Below, piece after piece: positions 20,313-33,539 of a stretch of DNA of 64,000 nt. The translations under genes were made by a program, and so were the position numbers. The notes under the pieces are model-generated. The model was not told the origin of the DNA and searched no databases. It saw only the letters and a list, made by a program, of their open reading frames with translations. The stretch lies in contig NC_087454.1 in assembly GCF_036321535.1 (NCBI RefSeq), positions 21,142,001-21,206,000 of the forward strand. Reading direction: 5' to 3'. This DNA comes from Camelus dromedarius (Eukaryota). Numbering within the stretch: position 1 is the stretch's first letter; every line of letters starts with the position of its first letter.

Positions 20313-20590
20313 AGTAGTTTCTAAGATTCCACCATGCTGTAGAAAATTAATTTTTTTTCACCAAGCCCAGCTAAAATGAGCTTATTTGAAGAACGATTAG
20401 GAAGTGTGGAGACACAAAAGAAGAAATGAAATGAACTTGTTCCATAAGTACAGTAGTTTCTAAGATTCCACCATGCTGTAGAAAATTAATTTTTTTTCAC
20501 CAAGCCCAGCTAAAATGAGCTTATTTGAAGAACGATTAGGAAGTGTGGAGACACAAAAGAAGAAATGAAATGAACTTGTTCCATAAGTAC
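20313..20590. repeat. Perfect 139-bp tandem duplication (20313-20451, 20452-20590)
   Basis: Two identical copies from AGTAGTTTCTAAGATTCC to GTTCCATAAGTAC. Confidence 0.95.
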
Positions 20591-22999
20591 TGAGGGAATT
20601 CCCAGTGATGACTTTCACTGTGTGAAGAGGAACCAGGCTGAGTAAACATTATTCACCATCTGAGTGGATCCACTCAGTAAAATCACTGAGCAATATCTGA
20701 ATGGTGACTATTCACACCTGCCATCCGTCCTCACCATCCCTTCAGGTTTATGAAGGAAGGAAGGGGCCTACGGAAACGAGGGTGCAGGAGGTAGATGTGA
20801 ATGAGATGGGGCTGTGACCAGGTGGACAGGTCCCTGAGGGGAAGGTAGGGGAGGGGAAATATCTTGGCTTGTAGTGAGGAGGAATTTGAGAGCTGAGTGG
20901 ACTACATTTCACTCTTCAGTCAGTCAGGTGTTTAAACATTTACTGGGGAGCTGTCGTGTTCCGGGCGTTACGGTAAGAACTTGTACCTGGAGCAGAGCCA
21001 TCTACTGCAGCCCAGAGGGAAGGAGTGAAGGACAACCTGGAATCCAACCAGGTCTCAGGAGTGGCGTCAGGGCTCCAGGGACAAGGCAGCAGGAAGTTTC
21101 CAGGGGTCAGAAATGCCAGGGGGTCCTCTCCTTGGGAGATTTGGGACTTACTCAGATTTGGAGCCTCCACATGAGGCGGAGTCAAACCACAAGATGGAGC
21201 CAAATAACAGTTAGTGGCAATGCTGAAGATGGGGTGAGGAGACATGGTAGGAAGTGACTGCTTCTTGGTACAGGCTTGGTCACTCCCCAAAAGGCTTTCT
21301 TGGAGGTTGAATGAGGAAAGAAAGCCTGGTGGGAGGGGCTCCATTCAAGGAGAGGCAGCTGTCCCTCAATGGAAAAGGGTAATGTGATGGAGAGGGACTG
21401 GAAATGGGTGGTATATTTAGCAAAGATGAGCAGGGAAGCCGCTGAATTTTCACCACATGAGTTGTGAATGAATGATGAGTTGGAAGCATCGATGTTTAAG
21501 ATTGTGGGCAGGATGATTCCAAGGAAAGATAGTGTGGCTGTAACTTAATGAAAGAAGGAAGGGTGGAGGGAGGGGAGGTTGGAAAGCCTTGGCCAGTGAG
21601 GAATTTAAAGTATATTCTAAGTGAGAAAGAAACTCTGAACAAGGGAAGCTACATAAATGATGTGGTTGGGAGAAGTAAAGTCTCTTCAGTAATTCCAGAA
21701 CCTGGTCATTCTTCTACTTGGCCGTAAGAGACAGAAGGTCCAACAAAGAGGACAGGAAAATCCTGACAAGGAAGGTAAGCAGTGGCTCCAGGATGACAGC
21801 TGTCTTGTTGAGGGCAACTAGTTAAGACTGAAGCAGACAGAAGTTTCTGGACGTTTTAGCTGACCATGAAATTGACAGAGTACCTGGTGTATCTGATTGC
21901 ACTGTGAGGAAACTTGTGTTTCACTAATGACAGGTACAAATAAAATTAGGCCAAGAAAACAGGACAATTATTCATCCCAGGAAAAACAGAAGGTTGTCTC
22001 AGAAAGAAAGAGCAAGCATGGCATCATGCAAAAAAAGCATATGAAAACGAATATACGAACGTATGTGCATGACTGGGGCATCGTGCTGTACGGCAGAAAC
22101 CGACACACTGTAACTGACTTTCCTTCAATAAAACGAAAATTCAAAATATTTTTTAAAAAAAAAGAAAGAAAGAGCATGCACGGTTTACTCCGTGGTTTGG
22201 CTGTAAATAACCTTTACAAGGTCATAATAATATAAACACTCAACATCAACCCACAGAATTACAGTGTAACTATATTAAAGGAAGGGCATATGGAAAGGGT
22301 ACACCAGTGTACAGTGAGGATAAAAAATAATCGAAATCCTCCTCTTTCATAGTGGGAAGTAAAGAGATAAGGTCTAAAGTTGAAAAATCAAGGTGTAGCA
22401 AAACAGACGTTATTTAAAGACAGAAGATCAACAGAAACAGAATTAGTTGAAAACAATTGAAAGTTATCAACTCTGGGGGCAATGACATGAATGGAGAGAG
22501 GGCTGGATATGTTTATTATCTTTAGGGGCAGAGTATAAAAATACTGAAGAGGAGGTAACTATTGAACGTCTATTCTAAAAGAGACTGAAAGAAATCAGAT
22601 CAAGAAAGCAGAGGACAGTTTTTTTTTAATGAGAAGCTATTTACTTTGATACCAGAAGGAAAAAAATGTGTGAGGACAGATATATAAACCTAAAAGATTT
22701 GGAATTGCTCCTTCTTCCTTCCAAATTGCTTCCAGTGACTTCTGGGTAATATATGCATAGTGAAAAAAAGCACACTCCTGGTCCAAGGAAAGAACACTTT
22801 TAATGACTTTATTAAACCTTAGGACAGAGATCAAAGAAACACCTTTCCAAGGATGCATCTAGTTAAGTTTTAAGTAAAAGATCAGCAGAGATCAAGGCAT
22901 GCTGGGGACAGAGCTACCTCGTGGTGTCTTCTGACAGCCTCTTCTCTTTCTGAGGACGACCCGACTCCTCACCTCAGAGGAGCCAGGCTTGTTCTGTGG

Positions 23000-23450
23000 G
23001 ATCTTGGTCCCCTGGTCACAGTACAATGGACTGGGATGGCCACCTGCCCCACCTGCCCCAAGTCTGGGCAGCCATTTGTTTTTCCAATAATTATAAATTG
23101 TGACTAGGGGACACAGGCTCTGTGGGTGGCTAGAGCTGAGATGACATCCAAACACAAGTACTCTAGAGCTGACATGTTAGCTGAAATGGACAGTCAGTCC
23201 ACAGAGAGAACAGGACTAACCTGCAGAAGAGTCTGGAGAGCAGAGACCACACGGCCCAGAGACAGCAAGTGCGGCTGCTCTAGGTTCTGCTGGCTCTTCA
23301 GTTCTGCAGTCCGTTCCCTGCGAGGACTGGCTAAAACCCACCCTTGGGTTCTGGGTACCACTCCCGTGTCTTTATTGTAAATATCCTCTCCTTTTGTCTA
23401 TAATCATTGTAATCGGGTTTCTGTTCCTGGCAACAAAAACCTTGACTAGG
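23000..23450 (+). mobile_element. MaLR (MLT1-like) solo LTR, degenerate
   Basis: 3' end GGGTTTCTGTTCCTGGCAACAAAAAC resembles MLT1 LTR termini. Confidence 0.45.
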
Positions 23451-24908
23451 ACAATCCTCTCCCACTTCCATCGGAGTCCTCTTCTGGCCAATAGTTGGCC
23501 CCATCTTATTCTCTCTTGGGAAGTCCACGAAGTCCCCATAATCTCTTGATTTTTTCTTTTCCAGGATCAAATAGTCATAATTCAAAGCCCTATCTTGTCC
23601 TTTTTGACCTGTATCTTGCTCAACCTTTATGCCCAAAAGACCCATGTTCTCCAGAAAGCCTTCCTGGACCTCTTCAGACTTCAGGGATGCCCTCTTCCAA
23701 TGACCTCCAATAGCACCAGACTACATCATTGGGCCCCAGTTACCAGACCACAGCCTGGGTCTGGGGTGGCTGTAACAGCATCATCGGAGTGGGTTAAAAA
23801 TGGCAGACTCACCACTCATCCTTCTGCAAAGATTCTAATTCAGTAAATCTGAGTGAAGCCCATACTTTCTAAAAGGCTCCCCCATGATTCTTAGTGCATT
23901 CTAATTTGAAAACCACTCATCTGTACCACTTTATTTGATACTTGACATAAACTACTTTGTTTGGTTACTTATTTGTTTGTGTGTTTAAAATTTTGTTCAC
24001 AGTAACTAAAACCTTCCAGGCTACATATTTAGAGAACATTCAGGTGGATGGCTCTTAGACCCCGTCCCCCTCCTTGTACCAGACACCTTGCTGATCTATT
24101 CTGTTACCCTCCTGACCCTCCTGATAGGATGGACCCCAGGCAGAGGATGTAGCCATCTTACCCCAGCTTTCGGCCTCTCTTTGTCATGCATGGGACTCTA
24201 GGGAATGTAGAAAAAGGAGATGACATCATAGATCATGGCTGGTTACCAATGGCCTCTTCATTACAGAGTAAATCAAGAGTGGAATTTCCATGAACATTTC
24301 CTCTCCCGGTGTCCTGCAGAACTGTCATGGGTTGCGGGAAGTTACAGTGAATGGGATACTCTGCACCGCTTTCCAGGCAAATCTGAATTCAGGATGCAAA
24401 TTTCATGAAGTCCATGTGAAATGGGCCATTCACAAGTAACACACAAGGGGCCCGAAAATGATGAGTCAAATGGAGCAAGACATAGCTGGACTGGCCCGAG
24501 AATGACTGCCAACCCCTAGTACCAAGTGGTTATGCTCACTGGTTGTCACCGGAAATCCAGTCTTCCAGATCCTAGCATCCTCTATACCCTGAGAGAACTG
24601 GCCAAGACCTGGTAAAACGGATACGGTGCAAACACTGTTAAAAATTTTACTGCTACTACAGGGCTTTGGGTAGATCAGGAAAGTGTGTGTGTGCTGGAGT
24701 TGGGAAGGGGAGCTAGTCTGTGCCCCGCAAGTCCTGCCATGAGTACTGGGGCTAAAAAATAGGAAACCTGCAGGACAGAGGTTGATCCCAAAGTCAGCAC
24801 AGGGGGATGCACTTGGTCGACGCAGTACTGAGCACTCAAGGGCTGTCAGAAACTTGCCAGGAAGCTGAAGACGGGGGTCCTCCAAACCCGTTTCTCTCAG
24901 AAGGGTCA

Positions 24909-27552
24909 TTACCTAAAGTAGCAAAAATCATATGACCAAGTTTTTCAAGGTCAGAATTCCAGGATGCCATCTCTGTCCACCTCCCCAAAACCTGACCCCT
25001 TCACCTCACCTCTGCTCTTCCATTCCCTGCCCACCCCTTGTCCCCAACCCTATTTCTCCACACAGAATCCTCCACCCTCATCCTGCACAGTCATCTACTT
25101 TCCTCCCCCAGACTCTTGAGGCCTCTGCACCTGGGGGCTCTGGACAAGCGTGAGCCTGTGATGATGAGGACGATGCCCACCAGGAAGCCCACCAAGCCAA
25201 GGGCCAGGCCGAGGGCACAGACCAGCATCCCTGTGGTGTCTGGCAGCGGGGTAGGCATCTGGGGCTCTGGGAGAGAAAGGAAGAGTCAGAGGGGACAGCA
25301 AAGGGATTCGCAAGTGAAGGACATGCAGGTCTGGGCTGGGGAGGGGGCTCCATACCCCAGTGCTTAAAGAGCGGCTTTTCCAGGCCCCAGTGCTCCACCC
25401 TGCAGTCGTAGAAGTCGTCTCCCGAGGGCACAAACGTCAGGTAGTGGAACTTGCGAAACAAATGGTCAGGCTGGGCATAGAAGCTGGTCTGGGCCACGCC
25501 CTCAGTGACCGTCTGACCATTGCGCAGCCAGGTGATATTGATCACAGGGGGGAAGATGTTGTCCACGATGCAGATGAGGACGTTGGGCTGGCCCAGCTCC
25601 ACTCGCGACTTGGGGAGTATGGTCACTCTGGGAGGCACTAGGAGGAACAAGGTCCTGAATCCCAAGGCTGATCCCTGCAGGGCTGGGATCAAGGGATGCT
25701 CCCTCCTATTTAGCCTCCTCCGGGCAGGGGATGCTCTGCGATGCTCACTGCTGGGGCAGGAACCAGGAGGACAGAGGGAGAGGAGACTGAGGAGGGCAGT
25801 GGGGGCACCTGTATCTGACAGGTCCCCGAGGGGGGGTCCAGGTAGAGGCAGGGGGTCATTCCTCAAGGGGAAGAGGCTGCTGAAGGAATCTGGGAGAATC
25901 TAGAACCTCCTGGGGAAGAAAGGGGCTGAGCACAACAGTCACAGAGTCTAAGAGTGGTGCCTCATGGCCAATAGAGGCCTGGGAGGTGGGGAAGAGGCTG
26001 CCCTGGGCCTCCCCTACTCCTGGGGCAGGGAGCAGAGGAAGGGCCCAGTACCGTTGGTGGCTCTGGTGCGGTTGGAACGCTCCACCAAGACATCCAGATG
26101 GGCTTTGATCATGGCGATGCTGGCCAGCCCGCTCTGCGGGTCAAAGTAGGCGAAGTTGCCAAATTCAGGCAGACGCCACACAGCCTCCGTCTTCTTCAGG
26201 TCCACAGAGAATAGCTGTTCCCCATCGAAATCGTAAGTGAACTGACCCGAGGCATCATAGGACTGGTAGAACGCTGGTCCATAGGAGCCCATGTGGTCAG
26301 CTGTATTGGGTGAGTTCAGGGTCAGGGAGAGGAAAGAAAATGCATCAATCTCATGACATGTGATGTGTCTCTGAGCTGTGCCCCATCCTGGGTTCTGTGC
26401 GGAGGCAGAGACCTGTTCTGACGCTGAGTAGAAGGATTGCTGGGGCGTGGAAAGGAGAGGCTGGAGGGAAACGGGCCCACCACACTGGCCAGCACAGAGA
26501 CATGGGCGCAGGCTGGCAGACTGGGTTGGGAAGAGGAGAGGCTGCTTAAAGTCATGCTTGGGATGCGCAGAGTTAAATCCTAGCTATGATCATCTGCTCC
26601 AGCTGTGCTGTCAGATCCTGTGTGTGAAATGAGGTGTGGAGGGGTAGGACGAGGAGAAGAAAATAAAGATGGCTAGGAGCAAAGTGGAGCTTTGGGCACA
26701 GAGATGCGGTGGAGGTGGGTGTGAGGGAAAACAGGTGATGGCCGGCAGGTGTAAAAATTAAGGTTTGTGACACAGAGACTAAAGGGATAGAAAAAATCAG
26801 CCCCAGGTCTTGCAGAGAGCAATGGAAGAAGAGTCAGAAGTTCAAGTTTCATGTTCCAACTCTTCTGTCTCAGAGCATTATGATTAAATGTCTTTTCCCC
26901 TAACAGAGGCTCAGTTTTCTAGAAATTAAAGGTTACGTGTTCATTGATAAGATTCCTTTATAATTCTATGCAATTATTTGTTCAATAGTCTTTGATGGCC
27001 TGCCGTGTGCCCGGCACACTACCAGGCCCCGAGGACACACAGACGAGCCAGCTGTGGACCCCTCATCCAAGGAGCTCACGTCTGGAGCAGGAGAAAGACA
27101 GATAAACATCCACCTATCAACACGGGGAGGAAGATGGCCATGGAACCGGACTTGAATGGACATGCTCCAAGTCAGGAAGTGGTAGAGAAATCGGGGTGCT
27201 GGGCGGCAGTACAATGGAGGTTTGGGTCTCAGAAGGGAGGGACGAATGAGGAGGTACCTGAACCTGATGCTGCCGTGGCTGGACTGCACTGCATCTGTGT
27301 TTTGGGTCCAGCACAGACACAATCAAGGTGAGGGGGCTGGGGGATCTCTTGGTAAAGGAAGTTGCCCATAAACCAGAAGAGAGGAACAGTTCGTGCTCTG
27401 TGCTGCCTCGGCTGGCACGTAACCCAACACCCTCAGGCTCCGCTCCTCACCCAGCACCCTCAGCACTCACCCTTGATGGCCCCAGCTGCCTGGGGCCTCA
27501 GGAGGGTCATCAAGGTGTGGAGTCCCAGGACCAGCCCCCCACTGAGGACCAT
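24909..27552 (-). CDS. DOA: MHC class II DO alpha chain, intact, 250 aa
   Basis: Exons 27471-27552 (82 nt; [27 protein letters not shown]), 26052-26300 (249; [31 protein letters not shown]), 25356-25637 (282; Ig C1 domain with both Cys), 25131-25266 (136; [20 protein letters not shown]) and 24909-24912 (G+TAA). All boundaries GT-AG; 753 nt in total. Confidence 0.96.
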
Positions 27553-27650
27553 TGCCCTCTGTCTTGGTCGGTGTAGGGGTAAAGGAAGAAGGCAGAAGTA
27601 AAGAGGAAGAAAACAGATCCTAGGATGGGGGAGACCCCTGCTGTATTCAG

Positions 27651-27692
27651 CCAATCAGAGAAATTCTCTGAGTTAGGGTAGCTGTTGCTGAG
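27651..27692 (-). promoter_or_regulatory. DOA class II promoter X-Y module
   Basis: Minus strand: X box CTCAGCAACAGCTA, 20-nt spacer, then Y box CTGATTGG at canonical spacing, about 100 nt upstream of the ATG. Confidence 0.85.
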
Positions 27693-28049
27693 TAGAGAAG
27701 CAGAGTAAAGAGCCTGAGTGAGAAGATGGAACCATCTGCCGGGTCTACATGCAACATGGAGGCTTGGTCCACAGGAAAGTCAAAAGGGATGGGAAGGGCT
27801 TAGATCAACTGTTACTACCTCCTCCAAGAAGGGACCCTCTGAAGGGAGAGATGGAACCATCAGAGCCCTGCGCAGCTGGGCTCAAACAAATCCTCTATCT
27901 TGATCCGTGGTGTAGAGGATCCTACTCCCCTTTAAGTTTCTGTGGACAAATTTGGAGTTAAAAAATAAAAACAATTTGACCAAGAAACTTTAAAGGGAAA
28001 TACTGGATACAGTGTAGGAAAAAAATCCTTTATTTTTGTTTTTTAATTT

Positions 28050-30400
28050 TTTAAATTGAACTACAGTCACTTTTAATGTGTCAAGTTCTGGTGTACAGCA
28101 CAGTGTCCTAGTCATGCAAATACATATATATGTTCACTTTCCTATTATTTTTCATTAAAGGTTATTACAAGATATTGAATATAGTTCCCTGAGCTATACA
28201 GAATAAATTTTTTTTTTAATCTAGGGAAAAAAATCCTTTAAACCTTTAAATCACAAAATATATAGGGATTTTTTTAATGTATACAGTTTTTTTGTTAACT
28301 TCTAATCTAATTGCATTATAATCCAAGAATCTTATCACTATGATGCATCTTATAAATTTATTGAGGGGGGAGGGTATAGCTCAGTGGTAAAGTATGTGCT
28401 TAGCATGTCTGAGGCTCTAGGTTCAATCCCCAGTGCCTCCATTAAAAAAAAAAAAAGAGGAAGAAACAAAGAAACTTACTGAGACTTGCTTTATGGCTTG
28501 GAATATGGCCAGTATTTGTTAGTGTTTCTCAAGTGCTCTAATTGGATGCAGAATTTTATATATGTTATCAGATCAAAAGTGTTAATTTTGTTGTTCTATC
28601 ATACCTTTATTTTTGGATTGACCTAGAAAAAAAAATAGTGTATTTAAATATCCAACTGTAGCTGTAGATTTTTGTATTTGTTTCCATTTTTTGAAGCATT
28701 TTTGCCCTCTTTATGTTCAGACTATTAGGTGCTTACTTCTGGAAGTATCATAGTCTCAGTGAATTGAGCTTTTTCCCAGTTTGTACTGACAGTCTTTCTG
28801 TCTTCAAGTCTGTTCTGTCTGACATGAGCATACTACACAGCTTTCTTTTTGTTCGTATTCATTTGATGTCTTTTTATATCCTTTTATTCTTTCTGACTCT
28901 TTCTCTGCACTAATGCTTTAGATGTAGCTTTTGTAAGTATCAGAAGGATAGATTTTGGTTTCGATTCAGACTGACAGTCTGTCTTCTAGTTGGTGGTTCA
29001 ATCCACATATTAGTCAAAGTGGAGCAAACTTGCTTCTGCAACAAACACCGAAACTTCTGTGGTTTAAAAAACAGGTTTATTTTTTCTATTCATGTAAAGT
29101 TCAAAGAAGGTTAGACACTCTCTGCAGCTCTTCTCAAAAACTGCCTCGTGAATCCAGGCTGGCTTCATCTTGCATCTCCACTATTATAAAGAACTTTGCT
29201 TCCAGCTTTGCAGACAGGAGGGAGCCTCCGGAAGGAACACCTGTTCTTATGGCTTTAGACTGGAAACCACATGCCATTTCTACTCATATTCCATTGGCAA
29301 GAATTAAACCATGACCCTGCCTAGGTGCAAAGGGGCTGGAAATACGTAGTTAGGCTGTGTATTCAGAAAAATGTAATGGTTTGGTGAAAGCATGGCACTG
29401 TCTTTGCCCCATCTCAGAGCTATATTTATTGTGATTATTGATGCATTTATTGGACTTGTTTCTAACATCTTATTTATTTCAATAGTTCTGGGGTTTTTTT
29501 CTTTTTTACTCTCCATCATCTTTTTTTAGAAAAAAATTGTTGCCTATACCTTTCCCTCTAATCAGATAAGAACCTTAGCATGCTTTCAAATACATTCAAA
29601 TACTTCTCCTTAACCAACCTTACTTCCCACACCTTTTTAGCACCTCCTGAAAATTTTTCTTATTGGAATACTTCCTCCAAAAGTGTTTCAAATGTGATTA
29701 TTTCTGCGGCAAACCTTCTGAAGATCTGTATGCTAGAGAACATTTTTATTATACCATCACTTTGTAATAACATTTAGCTAATGTGTGAAATTCTAAGTTT
29801 GAAGTTTTTTTTCTCTTTAATATTTTAAATAATATCATCCCAATGTCTTTTTGCATCCAGTGTTGACATTAGGAAATCTGATGTCAGTCTTTCCAAAATC
29901 TTTTAGAATTTTCTCATTGTCTGATATTTTAAAATTTCATTATATTGTATCTAAAATAGGTTTTTCCTTATCTTACTGTAGGACATAATGGATCCTCTTT
30001 ATCTTTTAATTCTGAGAATTCATCTCTTTTATTTCTGTAACTCTTTTCTCCTATTTTTGTCTTTATGGCACTCATATGGCACTTCTCCACCTCTTTTGAC
30101 TCTTCTCTATTTTCAATTTCTTTTTCTTAAATTGAAGTATAGTTGATTTATAATGTTATGTTAGTTTTTGGTGTACAGCATAGTGATTCAGTTATACATA
30201 TATATTCTTTTTCATTATGGGTTATTACAAGCTATTAAATATAGTACCCTGGACTATACACTAGGCCCTTGTTGTTTATCAATTTTATATATAATAGTTT
30301 GAATCTGCTAATCCCAAACACCTCATTTATCCCTCTCCCCCTTTTCCCCTTTGGTAACCATCGTTTGTTTTCTGTGTCTGTGAGTCTGTTTCTGTTTTCT
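28050..30400 (-). mobile_element. Cluster of L1 fragments (young 3' ends about 28050-28220 and 30118-30400; old degenerate L1 between) interrupted by an MLT1-like LTR about 28990-29412
   Basis: L1 3' UTR signatures (TTGAAGTATAGTTGATTTATAATG, GTGTACAGCATAGTGATTCAG); MLT1-like phrase CATATTCCATTGGCAAGAATTAAACCATGACC. Confidence 0.6.
28365..28472 (+). mobile_element. Vic-1-like SINE
   Basis: GGGGGGAGGGTATAGCTCAGTGGTAAAG...GGTTCAATCCCCAGTGCCTCC plus poly-A. Confidence 0.85.
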
Positions 30401-30751
30401 ATTTTCAGTTTCTTTATCCTTCCATCTTTTATTCTAGGAGGGTTCTTCAGTCTAGCTTACTAATGTGTTTTTAGCTGTACCTCTCCCACTATTTATTTCC
30501 ATTAATGTGGTTTTTATTTTGACTATTATATTTTTTTACACCTAGAACTTCTATACAGTTTTCCTTATAGTCCCTAGTGTTTTTTTCAATAATAGCTTTT
30601 TTTGTAAATGAATTCTTCATGTTCCTTTTAAGTGGCTAGTCTATATTTACTTACACTTCTTACTTTAAGTACATATATGGGCCTGTTTGTTGTTTTTCTT
30701 TGGAGTTGGTGGTACTCCCTGAAGAGAGGGAGTTATTATCTTGGTTTGTGA

Positions 30752-30946
30752 ATCAGGGTGGGGCCAGAGGGGAAACGAGAAACAGGAAATGGCTCCTCCT
30801 CCAGCTGCCCCTTATACACAATGTAATAGTATGACTTCAAGGTTCCTGTATCAAATCCTCATAGCACATCTTAATTTTTAGTTCCAGTTCACCACCAAGA
30901 CCATATGTAATAGAATGGTGAAATAGTTTATGTTAACATTCCCCAA
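30752..30946 (+). pseudogene. Relic paralogue of DPB intron 1 (possible remnant of a deleted class II beta gene)
   Basis: 30777-30800 matches 43438-43461 at 23/24, and 30880-30946 matches 43462-43528 at 57/67 ungapped, in the same orientation and order. Confidence 0.5.
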
Positions 30947-32599
30947 ACTGAGACAGACACTCATCCGTGTCCCCGTACTTTGCTCTGCACACTGTGAGAG
31001 AGATATGACCTTAATCCATAATTGGGATTCAACCAATTAAACCAGCTAACACACTAGGGTCTCCCAAGGTGGTTTCAGATGCCCCTGAAAGAAGCTGGGA
31101 GGAATAAAGTAAAGCCTGGCAGGGTGGGGCAGGGACATCAGCGGACTAGTGGATACAGTACAATATGACGTGCTATAAAGGAAGACACTGAGTCACTAAG
31201 GGCTTAACGACTTTACTATGGGGAAATCCTGCAAAACAGTAGGTCTACTGGAAGAGGAGTCTTGTCTGCTACTTAGAAAAGGAGAAGAGCCCTGGAGGTT
31301 TAGAAGTGGTGAGAATTCTGGGTGAAATAAAAGGGGGGTCAAGCTGGGTAAGCAGCAGCATGAAGACGATGTGAGGGCTCATTCCGAGGAAATCAGCCCC
31401 ATGGTGAACAGCAACCATCCTTGTTCCCACGGCCCCATGCTATCGGCTAGAGAAGGACCCAGGGCAGAGCGAACGTTCCCTAGACTTACCTCCTGGCAGG
31501 ACACAAAATGCAGCATCTGCACCCACATCACAGGCCCAGGATATGTGCTCCCAGGGACTTAAAAATATGGAGAGTGGGGAAAGGCTCTCGCGTTGCCAAG
31601 ACAGCACCAGGGATGTCTAGCTCTGACACACAGGTATCTGTTGATCTCTGGGATTTCTCAGGAAGGATGCTGTTTAGGGAGAAGTCCCAGAGGAGACCGA
31701 GGCTTGTAGACCATTCAGTGTGGGGCCACCTTGTCACCATACTTCAAATTGGATATATATTAAGTGCTTTCTGTGCCAGGCCCTTTGCAAGGTGCTAAGT
31801 GCGACTAGACTCATAGACAGGCAGGAATTGGCGGGGGTGGGTCTCTGTGGACATTAATCACTGGTGCTGAGGAGCACAGAGATTCAAAGAGACTGGAGCT
31901 TTAAAGCAGATCTGACGCTGGGGACTCCCCTCTGTCCTCTTCCGTCGAGGAAAGATTGTCACCTGCAGTAGGACAGACATAGTGTGGTTAGGACTCTCAG
32001 TTTAGAATTGCATCCTTTCTCCCTCTACAACTGAGCCCTTCAGTTTCTTGCCTCACAAGCCCCTAAGAAGAAGGTGGTCTTTCCAGTAGATGTTGCCCCT
32101 GGATGAGAATCAGTGAGCCGTCAAGAGGTACCTAAGGAGATGTCATTTCACTCTCTCCAACATGCCACAGACTGCATGTTCTGAAACACCAGAGAGGCCC
32201 AACAAGGAGGCGATGGAAGTTGAAGGAAGTGGAAGTTGGGCACAGTGTATGAAGCTGCTCTTTAAACGGCCCCCAAAACCATTTAATACCAGGCCCGGGG
32301 GATACTTATCTTAGGTAACAGCCAATGAACCTCCATCACTATTAACTATTTCCTCCCTCCTGAAATTTCTGCTCCCTTGACTTATGTGATGAAATATTTT
32401 TCTAATTCTCCTGCCTCTCTGCTTCTTCAAAGTCTCTTTAAGCACCTCTCTTTTGTATAGTAAGAGTAAGAGAGGCAGTGCTGATGTAACGTATCCCCTG
32501 AGATCTAGTTTTTGCTCATGCTACACGCCCAGTGTGAGTCAGCGGGGTAGCCCCGCTGATCAGAGTTACTCAGGGAGCCAGACAGACCTTCATCTTGAC

Positions 32600-33530
32600 A
32601 TGTGCTCCCCTAATCTCCCAGCTGGGGGAAGGGAACCTGGTGAATGATACACTGACTCTTAATAAGCCCTCCTGGAAACTTAACATTTATTAAGCCATGA
32701 AGGAAGCCTTAATGTGTTCAAATTAATATCATCTAGGCTTTGTTCTTTGGCCATAATGCAATTGAATTCTAAATCAATTAAAAGGGATAAATAAATGAAT
32801 TCCATATACCTTAAACATGCAATTAATAACCATGGGAATGAAAATATAAATGATGGAGGACTTAGTACTCCATGAAAACTTGTATATCAAAAGTAGTGCC
32901 TAAAAGGACACATCTAGGTTTAAAATAAATTTATTAGGAAAAGGAAGCCTGAAAGAAAATGAACTAATAATTTCCAGTAAGAGAATGGCGAATTAGAAAA
33001 ACTGCAAAAGCAAAAAAAAGAGAGTATATAAATAATAAAGACAGGGGAAGAATTCAATGAAATAGAAAACAAAAAATAAGTAAGATAAACAAATCAAATT
33101 TTGATTTAATAAGAAGTTTAAAGAAGCTGATAGACCTCTGGCAAGACTTTTAAGGAAAATAGAGGAGATTCAGAATGAAAAGGGGGAAATAATTATATAC
33201 GCAGATATTTTAAAATGAAAAAACATGTTATAATCAACTCTATGCCAATAAGTCTGAAATTTTAGAAAAGATGGATAAATTTCTAGAAAGATATGAAGGT
33301 CGAAACTACATGAAGAAAGGGAAAACTGAAGTAGAGAAACGAACATCAATATTGAATTCAGAACCAAAGAACAACTTTCCAAAGGCTGCTGTCTGATAAC
33401 ATTGTAGCTGGGTGATTCCAACCACATTTCAAAAACAAATTGTTCCTCTCTTATGTAGAGCATAGAAAGTAGAAAGGAGCAAAAGCTTTCCAAATCATTT
33501 TGTAAGGCTGGTGCATCTTTTTTCCAGAGA
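32600..33530 (+). mobile_element. Old degenerate L1 ORF2 fragment
   Basis: A-rich L1-like phrases (AAATTTTAGAAAAGATGGATAAATTTCTAGAAAGATA, CCAAATCATTTTGTAAGGCTGG); no intact ORF. Confidence 0.6.
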
Positions 33531-33539
33531 CAACTAAGG

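Noticed and set aside
20313-20590. CRISPR-like or functional repeat array
   Set aside because: Only two abutting copies with no spacers, in eukaryotic DNA.
27553-27654. N-terminal extension of DOA (MAEYSRGL...)
   Set aside because: It starts at a TTG inside the Y box, upstream of any plausible transcription start; the true ATG is at 27552.
31660-31800. Possible DPB 3' UTR relic (ACTTCAAATTGGATA)
   Set aside because: The match is too short, relies on memory, and runs into L2/MIR-like sequence.
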